Assembly (NCBI GenBank): GCA_963845755.1
Contig: CAWJTV010000037.1
Coordinates: forward strand, 64,001-128,000
Length of the DNA: 64,000 nt
From: an uncultured Planctomycetota bacterium
Lineage (GTDB): Bacteria; Planctomycetota; Planctomycetia; Isosphaerales; Isosphaeraceae
Direction of reading: 5' to 3'
In this document: piece after piece, positions 1-11,142 of the stretch
How positions within the stretch are numbered: the first letter of the stretch is position 1
Layout: each line of letters begins with the position of its first letter
Made by a program: the position numbers and the translations under genes
Notes under the pieces: generated by a model
The model's input: only the letters and a program-made list of their open reading frames with translations
What the model was told of the DNA's origin: nothing
Databases searched by the model: none

Positions 1-28
1 TCGGTCATTATCCGACTTTCACACAGTA

Positions 29-55
29 GTCAAACGAGAATCCCACAGATCGACA
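29..55 (-). promoter_or_regulatory. Putative ECF42-type promoter (-35 TGTCGA, 17-nt spacer, -10 TGAC) directed out of the window's left edge
   Basis: Minus strand reads TGTCGA-tctgtgggattctcgtt-TGAC, close to the ECF42 consensus TGTCGA...CG(A/T)C; lies just downstream of an ECF42-like sigma gene. Confidence 0.5.
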
Positions 56-122
56 ATAGTCTCCAAGATTTCGCCAGAAATCTTTTGCCTTCACATTTCA
101 CAGAACAAATTGCGGTCGAGAA

Positions 123-1379
123 TTAGATTTCGGACAATCGCCGAGACAAGAATCGCCGCTCCGGTTCCTGCCGGGCCAACGATAATGCTCGCTCATACGA
201 GTTCTTCGCGTCGGACATTTTTCCGGAGCGCCGGCACAGCTCCGCTCGCGCCGCGTGGGCAAGGTGATAGTCCACCAGATCCCCGCGTCTTAGAATCGCG
301 TCGATCAGGACCAGCCCCGCCGCCGGTCCGTCCCGCATCGCTAACGCAACCGCCCGATTGAGTTCGACGACGGGCGACAAATCGATTCGCTGCAGTACGG
401 AGTAAAGCGCGACAATTCGATTCCAGTCCGTCTGGGCGGCGGTGCCGGCCTCGGCATGAACTGCCGAAATGGCAGCCTGGAGCGTGTACGCACCAATCCG
501 TCCCGACCGAAGGGCTTGATCCACCAGTGCCTTGCCCTCGGAGATCATGTTCTGATCCCAACGGGAGCGGTCCTGCTCTTCAAGCACAATGATTTCACCG
601 TCCTGGGAAACACGTGCTTCCCTGCGCGATTCGTGGAGCAGCATCAAGGCCAGCAGCCCCTTGACCTCTGGATCGGGAAGCAACTCGAGAAGTAACCGGC
701 CCAGCCGAATGGCCTCGGCTGTCAAATCAATCCGCAAGAGCGAACCGCCCTGCGAGGCCGCATATCCTTCGTTGAACACCAAATAGATGGCGGAAAGTAC
801 CGCGTCCAGCCGTTCGGGCAGGTCCCCCAGTGACGGAACGACATAGGGAATTCGTTCATCACGAATCTTCGCCTTGCCGCGTACGATTCGCTGGGCCATC
901 GTTGCCTTGGAAGTCAAGAACGCGTGGGCGATCTCCTCGGTCGTCAGACCGCAGACCTCGCGAAGCGTCAACGGCACCTGTAGCTTTGGGTCGATGGCGG
1001 GATGACAACAGGTGAAGATCAGACGCAATCGATCGTCTTCGATCTCCGTGGTGGCTCGGGCGGCATTTTCATCGGCCACTTGGTCTAGTCGCGAAGCGAT
1101 TTCGGGCTCGAGTGCCTTCAGGCGGCCATGCCGACGAAGCGCATTGATCGCCTTGACTTTCCCAGTGGAGATCAACCAAGCTCTCGGATTTGCAGGCACC
1201 CCATCTCGCTGCCAAATCTCCACGGCGGCTGCGTACGCCTCGTGCATGGCATCGTCCGCCAGATCAAAATCGTTCAGCAATCGGACGAGCGAAGCAAACA
1301 CGCGACGCGAGTCGGAGCGGTAGAGATCGTCGATCCGGTCGCGGATCGTTACGGAGGCATTGAGGTTTATGTCGATCAT
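123..1379 (-). CDS. ECF RNA polymerase sigma factor with C-terminal TPR extension (ECF42/DUF6596-type)
   Basis: 418 aa; motifs GVPANPRAWL, IEDDRLRLIFTCCHPAI, LTLREVCGLTTEEIAHAF, IYLVFNEGY, YTLQAAISAVH, SPVVELNRAVA typical of this family. Confidence 0.92.
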   Translation of the reverse strand: MIDINLNASVTIRDRIDDLYRSDSRRVFASLVRLLNDFDLADDAMHEAYAAAVEIWQRDGVPANPRAWLISTGKVKAINALRRHGRLKALEPEIASRLDQVADENAARATTEIEDDRLRLIFTCCHPAIDPKLQVPLTLREVCGLTTEEIAHAFLTSKATMAQRIVRGKAKIRDERIPYVVPSLGDLPERLDAVLSAIYLVFNEGYAASQGGSLLRIDLTAEAIRLGRLLLELLPDPEVKGLLALMLLHESRREARVSQDGEIIVLEEQDRSRWDQNMISEGKALVDQALRSGRIGAYTLQAAISAVHAEAGTAAQTDWNRIVALYSVLQRIDLSPVVELNRAVALAMRDGPAAGLVLIDAILRRGDLVDYHLAHAARAELCRRSGKMSDAKNSYERALSLARQEPERRFLSRRLSEI

Positions 1380-1498
1380 TTCATGCCAGCTCGAGCGTGT
1401 CCGCGGTCCGTATCGACATCGGTTCAGACGGCGAGATTTTACCTGATTCTATTCAGGATTTGAAATTCGCCGTTGGAACAACCACCCCCAACAAAAGT

Positions 1499-1544
1499 TC
1501 AAATCCCGTCGCGGGTCGCATTCGCAACTAACGACGGGATTTGA
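1499..1544. repeat. Perfect 13-bp inverted repeat (tcaaatcccgtcg / cgacgggatttga), 20-nt loop
   Basis: Arms read directly at 1499-1511 and 1532-1544, upstream of the sigma gene. Confidence 0.7.
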
Positions 1545-1849
1545 TGTTGCAAGGATTCTGGGCGACTGGAATCGAACCCCGCGTGGCCGTCTACCTGCTG
1601 TCCTACTCTGCTTCGGTCGGATCGACGTCGGATCGACCAAGGCGCACAACACCGATAAAGTTGTTCAAACTCCTGTCGCAAGGTTGAGCGGCTGAGAAGG
1701 TCCCAACGCGACGCGCGACTGCTGCGAGTTGCCCAGTCTCGGCGCTCATAGACCTGACCACCGGTCGCGGCATGGGTATTATCGCTGCTAGCGGTGGGTG
1801 GCGGTCTACGTTGGACTGCTTCCGTCGCGCCACGATCTCGGAGGCGATC

Positions 1850-1945
1850 ATGAAGGCGATTCGCTCAATGGCGTTGGTCCTCGGGGTATGCGGCCTGGCG
1901 GGCGCGGCGGACGACCAGGTAGTAGATCCGGTCGGGACATGGTAG
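1850..1945 (+). pseudogene. Truncated 5' remnant of a secreted-protein gene
   Basis: GGAGG RBS then MKAIRSMALVLGVCGLAGAADDQVVDPVGTW*: signal peptide plus the start of a DPxGTW beta-barrel-type mature region, then TAG with no continuation. Confidence 0.55.
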
Positions 1946-2014
1946 TGCTTTAGCAGATGCCGGCTCGCAGGGAGGCAAGCCGGCTCGGTCGGTACAGCCC
2001 CTGGGATCGTCCGA

Positions 2015-4300
2015 TCAGTCCCGGGCCAGACCCGCGGGGGCCGTCTCCGCGTTACGGCTCGACGCCGTGTCTACCGCGAGCTGCTTTCGCGCGTAATCCA
2101 GCCATCGGTTGTGGAGGTCGGAGGGGCCTTCGATCTGGTAGATGTCACGCAGTGCAGCCGCGGTCCCGATCCGTTGCGAGTCCCGCACAAACTGGACGAA
2201 CCGCTCCGGGGGACCCTGGTCGACCAGGTAGTGCGTCAGTGAGACGCTCTGGGCATAGAAGAGCCGCCAGTCCTTCTGCTCGGGATACTCCATCGCCATG
2301 AGTTGACTGACCGGGAAGACCCGACCGGCTTCGAGGGGCTCGCGAAGCTCCGCTGCGCGGTGATGCTGCTCGGTGAGCGGCTCCGCGAGTACCGCGATGC
2401 CCTCGTCGGCCCATCGCGGGATCTGCTGGACGACGAACAGGTCGGACAGGACGATGTGGGTCACCTCGTGCGGCAAGGTCGCAGTCAGCAACATCGGGTT
2501 GTCGGCGCGGAGGCTCATGCGACGAGACAGGACACGGACCCCGTTATTCGTCATGGTTGAGATTCCCGGCGAGATCTCCGGCTGGCCGGTTCCCTGGGCG
2601 TAGGATTGCGGGTTCGGATAGAGATACAGGTCGCAGAGAGGCGTCCAGTTCGTGTGAATGGCCGGACTGCCCCATCGCTTCGCCTGCGCCGTGCGGACCG
2701 ATTCGGCGACCGTGGCCGCCTGCTGCGCCAGCGCGGAATCGCAGTGGAAGATCCGGAAGTTCGCCGTTTGGTGAACCTGCCACTCGATCGGGTCGGACGA
2801 CTCCGCGAGACTTGGTTTCGGCGTTTCCTCAACTCGTGGTTCCGAGGCCTCCTCCCCCGGACGAAGGTCCACGCTCGCACCATGGTTAAGGGCCTGGGGC
2901 CTGACTCCATCGTCGGTCGGGCTCGCCGCGTTCTTCGCCTCAGGTTGGGGCCCGACAGGTGCAGGCATGGGAAGGCTCAGGGCCTGCTCTGGCACGGGCT
3001 CGGTCGGGGGCGGCGACGCTCCACGGACCGGCTGGGGGTTCGCGGCTCCGCGCGCCCGTCCGAAGCGGCGCGGGACGGGGCGTCTCGGGGGCGGAGCTTC
3101 GTCGGGCTCCGATCCACGGATGACCAGTTTGTTGGAGTTGGCCATGGGCTGCCGGCCAGTTACTCGCGATTCGCCGACGACGTTGCGAAGATACTCTCCG
3201 ATCCAGTGATTGGGGGTCAGCCGCTGAATGTCCTGGACCTCCGCCTGGATCGCGTCCCACTCCGCCCCTGAACGAGGATGGGCGTTGATCTTTCGGACAA
3301 CGTCGACCGCCCGGCAATACGCCCAGTGCGTCCGTCGATTCGCAGGGAGATGGTTCTGGCGGGCCAGCGTCCCATAGAGTCGGCCCGCGTCGTCGTATCG
3401 CTCTTCCGAGAATAGCCGATCGGCCTGCCTTAGCTCGGTTTCCTTGACCGGGCGATTGGGAGAGGCTGCAGGGGACGCCAGGCCCACTCCTGCCGCAGGC
3501 TCGGGACTGCGATTCGTCGCGCGTTCGGATTCGGCATCGGGCGTCCCGTCGGCCGGGTTGATCGAGGCGATCGATGCGTCGGGGTCATCGGCCTGCAAGA
3601 CGTGGGTGAGCCCCGCGCCCGGTCGTTCCGGTTGCTCTGATTTGGTCCGCGGGCTCGCCTCGGATGCTGGGCGCGAGTCGAGGATGCGTGGCGCCTCATT
3701 CCCGGGAGCGCGAGGCGCCGGCTGATTCCCTCGGGGTAGAGCCGCGATCGGCGGCGGGGGTTGCTCCGGCTCGGGCAGCGGGGCCGGCACTCCGAGAAGG
3801 GGCGGGTTGGACCGGGGATCCAATACGGGTCCCAGGTCCGGCGAGGGGACCGCCATGGCGGGTGGCCGGGCGTTGTGTGGACGATCGGAGGCCGGCTTTC
3901 GCGGTGGGTTGGGCTTTGGAAGTACCGGATTCGCGATCGCTGGCTGCGGTCGCGACTCGGACGGCTTGCCGGGGCGGATCGCTGCGCGATTCCGATCGAG
4001 GATGGCCAGGTTATCGCGATAATGAGCCGCGTCCTGTGGGCGTCCCGCCGCATCGGCCTTCCGGGCGAGCACCTCGTAGGATTGGCGGAGTAGTTCGAGA
4101 ACCGCGGGCCGATCTTTGTTCGGCAACTCCAGCAGGGCGTCTTCCAGGACGGTCAAAGCTGCCGCGTGATCTCCCGACTCGATCAGTCAACGCGCCTGAT
4201 CGATTGGCCCCCCAGTCTTGCTTGGTGTGGTTCCTCCGTGGACCGGACGGGCCAGGACCACGCAGAGACCCACCATGATCGTCGTGACAGCCTGTCGCAT
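2015..4300 (-). CDS. Secreted TPR / Pro-rich / zinc metallopeptidase (peptidase MA-like) protein; one in-frame TGA at 4187-4189
   Basis: ATG at 4300 gives signal peptide MRQAVTTIMVGLCVVLARPVHG, in frame with ORF 2015..4156 across a single TGA; C-terminal HEVTH...WADEGIA (HEXXH+E). Confidence 0.8.
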
Positions 4301-4802
4301 GACATCCCTGTCCGTTTCTCTCGGTCCTAACGCGGCCTGCGACCGCATCCCGCGAGCGATTCACGAGTCAAGAACCAAGTTTGTGGTATCGTCTCCCGCG
4401 GGAATCCGGAATGTCGAATCCCTCGGAGACGTGCACAGCCCAAGAGGCTTGCGTAGGAAGCCTCGAGCGTTCCCTGGGGTCCTGGCGCGGCTCGTCGGAG
4501 AGACGGTCCTCCACGTCAGGTTGCGGTCCCACGTTCCATCCCGGGACCCGCGACCGCCGATCCCTCGGCGCGACGAATCGAGACTCGTCGTCCCGGCCAC
4601 TTCGGGGGCGTCGGAGCGAGGGGAGTATGCTCGGAAACGATCGGCCCGTCAATCGGAACTGTGCGCGGCGAGGATCGCTAGGCGCAGAACTCCGCATCGG
4701 GGAGCGAGGCGGCGCCCCGATTGCATTGCGCCGGTTCCTGCGGTGATGTGAGTGGACCGACCGAGGCCGATGAGACGGATTTCATGGGTTCGTCGAGGGG
4801 CA

Positions 4803-6284
4803 TCAATCCACCGAAGGACTGGGCTCGATGACGCGCGATTGGACTCGGCGACCGTTCAGGCGCGGGTGCACCATTTGCACAGGTGCACGGCTCGCCCTTG
4901 CGGGAACAGGGATCGGGATCGGCTCGGGCTTGGGAAGCCCGAGTACCTGCGCGGCCTCGACCTGGAAACGGGAGAGCTCGGCAATCTGGACGGACGACAG
5001 TGTGAGACTATCGGCGACGTGCCGGCGTGACCAATCCGTGGCCTTGTCATACCAACTTCGGGCGCGGTCCTGATAACCGAGCTTGGTATGGATCATGGCG
5101 AGGAAGAACCAGTCGAAACCGTCGCCCTCGCCCCCATTGCGAAGTTCCATCGACTGGTAGAGTGCGCTCCGTGCCTCTTCCCAGTTACCGAGGCGATAAT
5201 AGGCGACTCCGAGGGTATTCCAGATCGCTCCGTCGCTCGGCCAAAGTTCCACGGCGCGGTGGGCATATTTCACCGCGTCTTTCGGATTGCGCAACGTCAA
5301 CTCGGGGCACGTGGCCAGCAGCCACGCCCAACTGTTGAGAGCCTGGGCGGCGCTATAGGGACCGGAACCGGTCATCGAGGTGCGCGGGATCGAATCGAGG
5401 ATGACGGCCAATCGCCGGTAGTCGTCCGCGGCGGCGGCGTATTTCTCCGAGTTCCAGGCCTGGGCGGCACTCCGAAACAAGGTTTCGATGTCGAGGATTT
5501 GCTGTTGCGTTTCCGAGTTCCTCGGCGCCGATCGTCGGGGCGAGCGGATCCGGTGGAGGTCATCGCGGAGGATGAACTCGCGGACCACGCGCGATTGATT
5601 CAACAGTTCAAGGTAGGCCGTCCAGGCCGGCATGCGGACCATCAAGACCAGGAAGGCCACGGAGGTACAGACGGCCAGCCGGCCGAATCGCTCCCGCCGG
5701 GCCAGTGTCTGGCGATCGAGAGGGATTGAAGAGTCGTCGTGTCCTCCAAACGCGAGCATTGTGGCCCAAGCGGCGGTCGCGAACTCCAGGAGCAGTTGCG
5801 TACCGCCCAGCAGGCTGAGCAAGATGGCCGGGACGGCGGCGTGCGCCAGCGCCGACAACGACACGTGGAACGAGCCGATGGCAATTCCGCTCGCGTGGTG
5901 ATCGCTCCAGTCCGCAACCATCGTCACCACATTGCCGATCGAGAGGATCAAGAAGGTCAAGGCACCTGGCTTCAGCAGCTCCAGCCACTGCATCCGACGC
6001 AGGGCCAACCCCAATAACAGCGGCCATGCCGCACCCAGCAGGAAAGTCGGATTATTCTCGTAGAAGAACCAACTCCAGCGCGACATCGACATGGGTTCCA
6101 CCCGTGTCGATTCCAGGCCGAGGATCACATAGTCCGCGATCGCGCAGACCAGGCGGACCGTCCCAAGAATCACCATCCATGTGCCCAGGACGCGGATCTT
6201 CTCGGCCGTACTCGAAGCGCGAACGACCGGTTCGCGATGGGCGATGAGTCGTGGTTCCAGCTCCGTTGTCGTCGTGAATCCCAT
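4803..6284 (-). CDS. Membrane protein with C-terminal TPR repeats
   Basis: About 5 hydrophobic helices, then ALNSWAWLLATCP..., IWNTLGVAYYRLG, DWFFLAMIH TPR motifs. Confidence 0.85.
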   Translation of the reverse strand: MGFTTTTELEPRLIAHREPVVRASSTAEKIRVLGTWMVILGTVRLVCAIADYVILGLESTRVEPMSMSRWSWFFYENNPTFLLGAAWPLLLGLALRRMQWLELLKPGALTFLILSIGNVVTMVADWSDHHASGIAIGSFHVSLSALAHAAVPAILLSLLGGTQLLLEFATAAWATMLAFGGHDDSSIPLDRQTLARRERFGRLAVCTSVAFLVLMVRMPAWTAYLELLNQSRVVREFILRDDLHRIRSPRRSAPRNSETQQQILDIETLFRSAAQAWNSEKYAAAADDYRRLAVILDSIPRTSMTGSGPYSAAQALNSWAWLLATCPELTLRNPKDAVKYAHRAVELWPSDGAIWNTLGVAYYRLGNWEEARSALYQSMELRNGGEGDGFDWFFLAMIHTKLGYQDRARSWYDKATDWSRRHVADSLTLSSVQIAELSRFQVEAAQVLGLPKPEPIPIPVPARASRAPVQMVHPRLNGRRVQSRVIEPSPSVD

Positions 6285-6555
6285 GAGTCGTCCCTCGCAG
6301 CATCAAGAACACCATTGATGTTTTGATGCATGTATGTTGACACCTATCGACTCACGAATGTGCCTGTCGTTCGCGGCTGGGATGGCCGAGCCCGGCTGAT
6401 GACCGAGAAAAACCGGTTCGTCGCTTTCTCTTCGAGACGGATGATCCTTGCCGGAGGCTCGGATGATTTCGGGCTGACCTGGTCGAGCGTCTCGCCTTGG
6501 GGCGCGCCATCCGATCATTAGACATTAGAGTCGGCGGACGAGATGATGTCCAACC

Positions 6556-6595
6556 AAAAAAAAATGCGACCGGCCGAGACATGTCTCGGGCCGGT
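6556..6595 (-). promoter_or_regulatory. Perfect 16-bp palindrome ccgagacatgtctcgg (6574-6589) in a longer hairpin next to an A9 tract; operator or intrinsic terminator
   Basis: Sequence seen directly; on the minus strand the hairpin is followed by gcatttttttttgg. Confidence 0.4.
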
Positions 6596-6845
6596 GGGAG
6601 CAGAGGGATCCAAGGCGGGATTCCCGAGGCGTCCAGGTCAATGGCCGACTGCTCGATTGGGGGAGCACGAGGGTCGGCCGGGCAGGTGGAAAGGGCTGCG
6701 CGAATGGCGGTAAGAAATGCTATGATCGTCGGAGGTGAATGGTTGACTCAGGAAATCAACGTTCCGCTGGTCCGCCTGGACTCCCGGGTCGGTCGTCGCG
6801 GGATCCCCGTGAACTCGTTCGTTTGCCGATGGCATCACAACCCAG

Positions 6846-8148
6846 GTGGAAGCATTCGAGCAGTCTCCCAGAGCGTTCCGGCCGGTTCGCGAGCTGGCTT
6901 GCGTTCCATCGGCGCCGTCGCGGGCGCTGGCAGGACTCGGATTGGCATTGACCGTGACGGTGCTGGGAGTTTGGGGTTACGGCGCAATTCGTAGGGAGCG
7001 TCTCAAGCCCGAGGCCCTCTGGGAGCAGGCTGAGGCCGACCTCCGGGCCGGACGGATCGATCGGGTCGAGCAGGCCGTGGCGCGCCTGGGCCACCTGCGG
7101 CCACCGACTCCCAAGGATCACATGCTCTTCGCCCAGCTCGCGGTCGCTCGCGTGCAGGCCAAGGAGGCACTGGCGGAGCTGGCGCAGGTACCGGACGATC
7201 ATTACATGGCCGCCCAGGCCCGATTGCTGGCCGGCCAGATCGACCTGCGGTATTATCGCCTCCGACCCGCCGAGCAATCCGTTCGCGACGCAATTCGCCT
7301 CGAGCCCGGGCTCATTCAGGCTCATCGCGAACTGATCTGTATCTACAGTTTGCAACTTCGGCGCGTGGAGGTCGGTCGTGAGTTCCTCATCCTTTCGAGC
7401 CTGACGGACTTGAGCTTCGCCGAACTGTTCCACTGGGGCCTCCTCCGGAGCGAGTCCTGGGATCCGGCCGCACCGGCAGAGATGTTGATCGCGTGCGTGG
7501 CGGCCGATCCGGGAGATCAGTGCTCGCGATTGACGCTATCCGAGAACTATCGGCTGATGGGGATGCTCGCCGAGGCGGAGTCGGTCCTGGAGGGTGTGCC
7601 GCTCGACGAACCTCGGGCGATCGCGGCCCATGCCCGGATCGCCCTGGATCGTAACGATGAGGATCGAGCCGAGCGGTTGCTGGCGACGGGGCCACCCGAA
7701 GACCCGGCACTCGCCGTCTTGCGCGGGCGGCTGGCACTCTCGCCGGGACCCCGCAACGGCCCGACACTTCTTCCAGATCGCCTACGACGCCGACGAGGAT
7801 CATCGCGAGGCACTCTCCGGACTGATCGCCGCGCTGGTGGCACTCGGCGACACCAAGACGGCCGCTCCGCTCCGCTCCATCGCTGCCAAGCGTGAACGTC
7901 TCAATGCACTGATCCATCGCGCCGGCTCGCGTGTCGCGCGCGACGACTCGCGCACGCTGCCCGAAGACGCCGACCTGCCGCGTCTCTTGGGCGATGCCTG
8001 CGCGGCGGTGCACCATGACGATGAGGCCCGCGGCTGGTACAAGCTGGCCATCGCCCGCGATCCCCTCGACGCGCGGGCCCAACAAGCCTTGTATGAATTG
8101 AACCTAGCCAGCCAGAATACCGCTCGATCGACCCGCCCGGCACCTTGA
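6846..8148 (+). CDS. TPR-repeat protein with N-terminal membrane anchor (frameshift near 7745)
   Basis: ORF 6846.. has a TM segment and TPRs up to LRGRLALS; TPRs continue in ORF 7594..8148 (RRDPATARHFFQIAY...EARGWYKLAIARDP). Confidence 0.75.
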
Positions 8149-8291
8149 CCATCCATCGCGAGGTTCGGCGCCTCGCACCGACTATCGAGGCGGTGTTCAG
8201 CGAGTCCGTACCGCGTCTCGCGTGCGGCACTTCGGATTGGCGACTCATGACGAGCCGTGTCCGATCACCGTATCTTGAGGGTAAGGACTCC

Positions 8292-9848
8292 ATGACATCC
8301 CCAGTTGCTCCGCTCGGCCCAGCCTTCTACGTCGCGACGGCGCTCTCATTGTCGCTGGGATGGGGGATTCGCGGGAACTTCGGCCACGAATACGGCGCGA
8401 TGATCCCGGGGGCGCTCGCGACCCTGGCGGCGGTCCTCCTGTCGGGGCGGGACGACTGGCATCACCGGATCGCCGATTTCGCGATGTTCGGGGCGCTCGG
8501 CTGGTCCTTCGGCGGCAGCATCTCGTACATGCAAGTGGTCGCCTATACGCACTCCGGCCACTCGCCGAGCGTGCTATACGGATTTGCCTGTCTGTTCGTG
8601 ATCGGCTTCCTCTGGGCCACGCTGGGGGGCGTGGGCACGACTCTGCCGGCCGTTGCGGATCGATCCTTCCGGTCCGCCCTGTACCTTCCCATGGCCGTTG
8701 TGTTTTTCCTCTGGTGGCTGCAAGGAGCGGCCATCGATCCCTGGCTGCGAGCGAGTGGTTACGAGTTGAACTGGTACGACACGGACTGGCTCGCGGCACT
8801 TCTGGCCCTCGGCGGCGGACTCCTCGTCTGTGCGGTCCGACGCCGATTCGACCGAGCCACCGGGCTCATCCTCTGCATGGCCGGCGGTTGGTGGGCCGGA
8901 TTCCTCCTCCTGGTCGTCTGCCTGGGATTGCGGATGACGCCGCCGCGCGGCGACAACTGGGCGGGATGTCTGGGGATGACGCTGGCTGTCCTGTGGTATT
9001 GCCGGCGGATCGGCCTTGTCGAGGTCACCCATGCCGCGCTCGTGTGCGGCTTCATCGGTGGGATCGGGTTTTCGGCGGCGTCGATGCTCAAACTGGTCGA
9101 GGTGACCAGCGGCTACGAGACCAACTGGCACAGCATCCTCGAGCAGACGACGGGTTTGTTCAATGGCATCGGCGTTGCCGTCGCCCTGGGTTCCCTGGCA
9201 CGCTGGTCCCCCTCGGTTGATCGGCCCGAAGATCGGGAACGCCGCCCCGGAACCGAGCCCTATGCGCTGGGCTTCATCCTGCTGGGGATCACCTACCTCA
9301 ATCTGAGCAAGAACGTGCGCGAATGGGTCAGGGTCAAGGCCATGCCGGCGGAGATGGTGGGTATTCCCGCCTCGTCCTGGTTTGCCCTGGGATACATCCT
9401 GCTGGCATTGAGCTTGCTGGCGCTGATACTTCGACACACCCGGAAACCCCTGGCGATTGTGCCTTCGAGCGCGCTGGGCCGGGGACAACTGCTCTATGTC
9501 GGGTTGCTCTGGTGGCTCGTTGTCGGGAACTTCGAGCGTGCCGTGGTCGCCTTCACAGCCCAGAGGCTCGTCACCGAAGGCGTGATTTTCGCCGTCGCCG
9601 TGGTCTGCACAGTGCTCCTGCTCTCGTGTTCGCCGCCGAGTCGTACCGACGAGCTGTGTGCTCCGGGTGAATCCGTCCGGCCGCGAGTGGGACGGACGAT
9701 ACTGGCAGGATTGCTGGCAGCGGTCGTCTCGATCGTCGTCGACTGGGCGATCGTTCGCGGCATCTACGGGGATCGGTTCGCGGGCCATGCTGGAAAGCAC
9801 ATCCGATTCGGACCCGATGCGACGATCAATCGTCAGGAAGCTCGCTGA
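8292..9848 (+). CDS. Conserved hypothetical polytopic membrane protein
   Basis: Many TM helices; conserved-looking GWGIRGNFGHEYGAM, GWSFGGSISY, NWHSILEQ motifs; RBS before ATG 8292. Confidence 0.75.
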   Translation: MTSPVAPLGPAFYVATALSLSLGWGIRGNFGHEYGAMIPGALATLAAVLLSGRDDWHHRIADFAMFGALGWSFGGSISYMQVVAYTHSGHSPSVLYGFACLFVIGFLWATLGGVGTTLPAVADRSFRSALYLPMAVVFFLWWLQGAAIDPWLRASGYELNWYDTDWLAALLALGGGLLVCAVRRRFDRATGLILCMAGGWWAGFLLLVVCLGLRMTPPRGDNWAGCLGMTLAVLWYCRRIGLVEVTHAALVCGFIGGIGFSAASMLKLVEVTSGYETNWHSILEQTTGLFNGIGVAVALGSLARWSPSVDRPEDRERRPGTEPYALGFILLGITYLNLSKNVREWVRVKAMPAEMVGIPASSWFALGYILLALSLLALILRHTRKPLAIVPSSALGRGQLLYVGLLWWLVVGNFERAVVAFTAQRLVTEGVIFAVAVVCTVLLLSCSPPSRTDELCAPGESVRPRVGRTILAGLLAAVVSIVVDWAIVRGIYGDRFAGHAGKHIRFGPDATINRQEAR

Positions 9849-11142
9849 GCGGTTCGAGATCGGCGCCGATGTGCGAGACATGTGCCAGGATCCGTTGAGG
9901 CGTGCGGATGTCGAGGGCGCCAAGGGACGAGTCCATGGGCAGCTCGATTCCGCGGCCACCGACGGCGAGCGACTGGTGATCGCGCCGCAGGTGCGGCCCG
10001 TCGAGAGGCATGTGTCCTGCGTGGGTCGCCCATCGGCCGGCGACCTGCTCGAGGGCCTCCGCAAGCTCGTCGGCCGACCCATGGCGATCGGCGGCGTCGC
10101 GCGCCATGGCCTTGAGGATGATCGACTCATGTTCCTCGGGGAACCCCGGCCGGACCTCGCGCGGTCGCCGCGGCGGCGTGCTGGCGAGGTACGCCGGCAA
10201 CGAGGGCAGCGTCACGTGATCCGGGACCTGGAAGGGACGCTCGAGCGTCAGGGCCTCGAAGAGCGTGACCCCCATCGAGTAGATGTCGCACCGTACCTCG
10301 TCGGCGGTGACGCGCAAAAGGCGTTCGGGCGCCATGTACATCGGAGTCCCGGCGCCGTCGCGCATCTGCTCGGTCGTGGCGATCGCCAGATCCCGGCCCA
10401 GTCCGAAATCGCACAGATAGACCCCACCCGCCCGCTGGCTGTCCAGGAGGATGTTCGCCGGCTTGATATCGCGATGTGCGATCCGCTGAAGATGCGCGTG
10501 GGACAGCGCACGCGTGGCCTTCGCCAGGATTCGCGTCATGGCTCGAAGATAGTCGGTCTCCTCCAGGGTTACGAGCTGGTGGATCGGCTGGCTCTGTGAG
10601 CCCATGGAATAGGCGAGGCGAGACTTGACGACCTCTCGGAGCGTGATCCCTTCGACGTAGGGCATGACCATGAAGAGGTAGCCGTCGACCGAGTCCAGCT
10701 CGTTGATGGTGAGCAGCGACGGACCGGCCAGACGGATGCCACGCTCCGCCTCCCGGCGGAACTGGGCGATGCGGGACGGATTGTGCGCGAGAGACGGCTT
10801 GAGGATCTTGATCGCCACGAGTTCTACGAACGGATCGCGTCGCAATGCCTTCCACACGTCGCCTTGCGCCCCTCGTCCGAGGCGCTCGAGGAGTCTGTAG
10901 GGGCCGAGCTGATACCCGCACTCCAGGGCCGGCCTGAGCCTGGGTACTTGCGGCGTTCTTGTCCGGGCCCAGGAGTTGGTCTCGGGGTTCCACCGTCGGG
11001 CGAACCGAGTTCCGGTCGAGGGTTGCTCCATGACCCAGGTGCACGAGCGGCCCGAGTCCGGATCGACGGCACTCTCCGACTCGGACGCAACCGGCGAGTC
11101 GGGCAAGAGAGGTCGGGGCTTCGAGGTCTTGGCAACCGTCAT
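9826..11142 (-). CDS. Hanks-type Ser/Thr protein kinase, cytoplasmic
   Basis: GRGAQGDVW, VAIK, HRDIKPANILL, DFG, GTPMYMAPE, DIYSMG; no TM segment. Confidence 0.92.
   Translation of the reverse strand: MTVAKTSKPRPLLPDSPVASESESAVDPDSGRSCTWVMEQPSTGTRFARRWNPETNSWARTRTPQVPRLRPALECGYQLGPYRLLERLGRGAQGDVWKALRRDPFVELVAIKILKPSLAHNPSRIAQFRREAERGIRLAGPSLLTINELDSVDGYLFMVMPYVEGITLREVVKSRLAYSMGSQSQPIHQLVTLEETDYLRAMTRILAKATRALSHAHLQRIAHRDIKPANILLDSQRAGGVYLCDFGLGRDLAIATTEQMRDGAGTPMYMAPERLLRVTADEVRCDIYSMGVTLFEALTLERPFQVPDHVTLPSLPAYLASTPPRRPREVRPGFPEEHESIILKAMARDAADRHGSADELAEALEQVAGRWATHAGHMPLDGPHLRRDHQSLAVGGRGIELPMDSSLGALDIRTPQRILAHVSHIGADLEPLSELPDD

Noticed and set aside
1390..1420. Autoregulatory ECF42 promoter upstream of the sigma gene (TGTCGA at 1412-1417)
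   Set aside because: No CG(A/T)C -10 element at the expected spacing
1495..1620. tRNA gene (GTTCAAATCCC and GGTTCGATTCC words)
   Set aside because: No complete T-stem, D arm, anticodon arm or acceptor stem can be formed
4187..4189. Selenocysteine or TGA recoding
   Set aside because: The position is in a TPR-like helix rather than a Cys-type active site, TGA terminates many genes here, and a matching-context TAA elsewhere points to error or mutation
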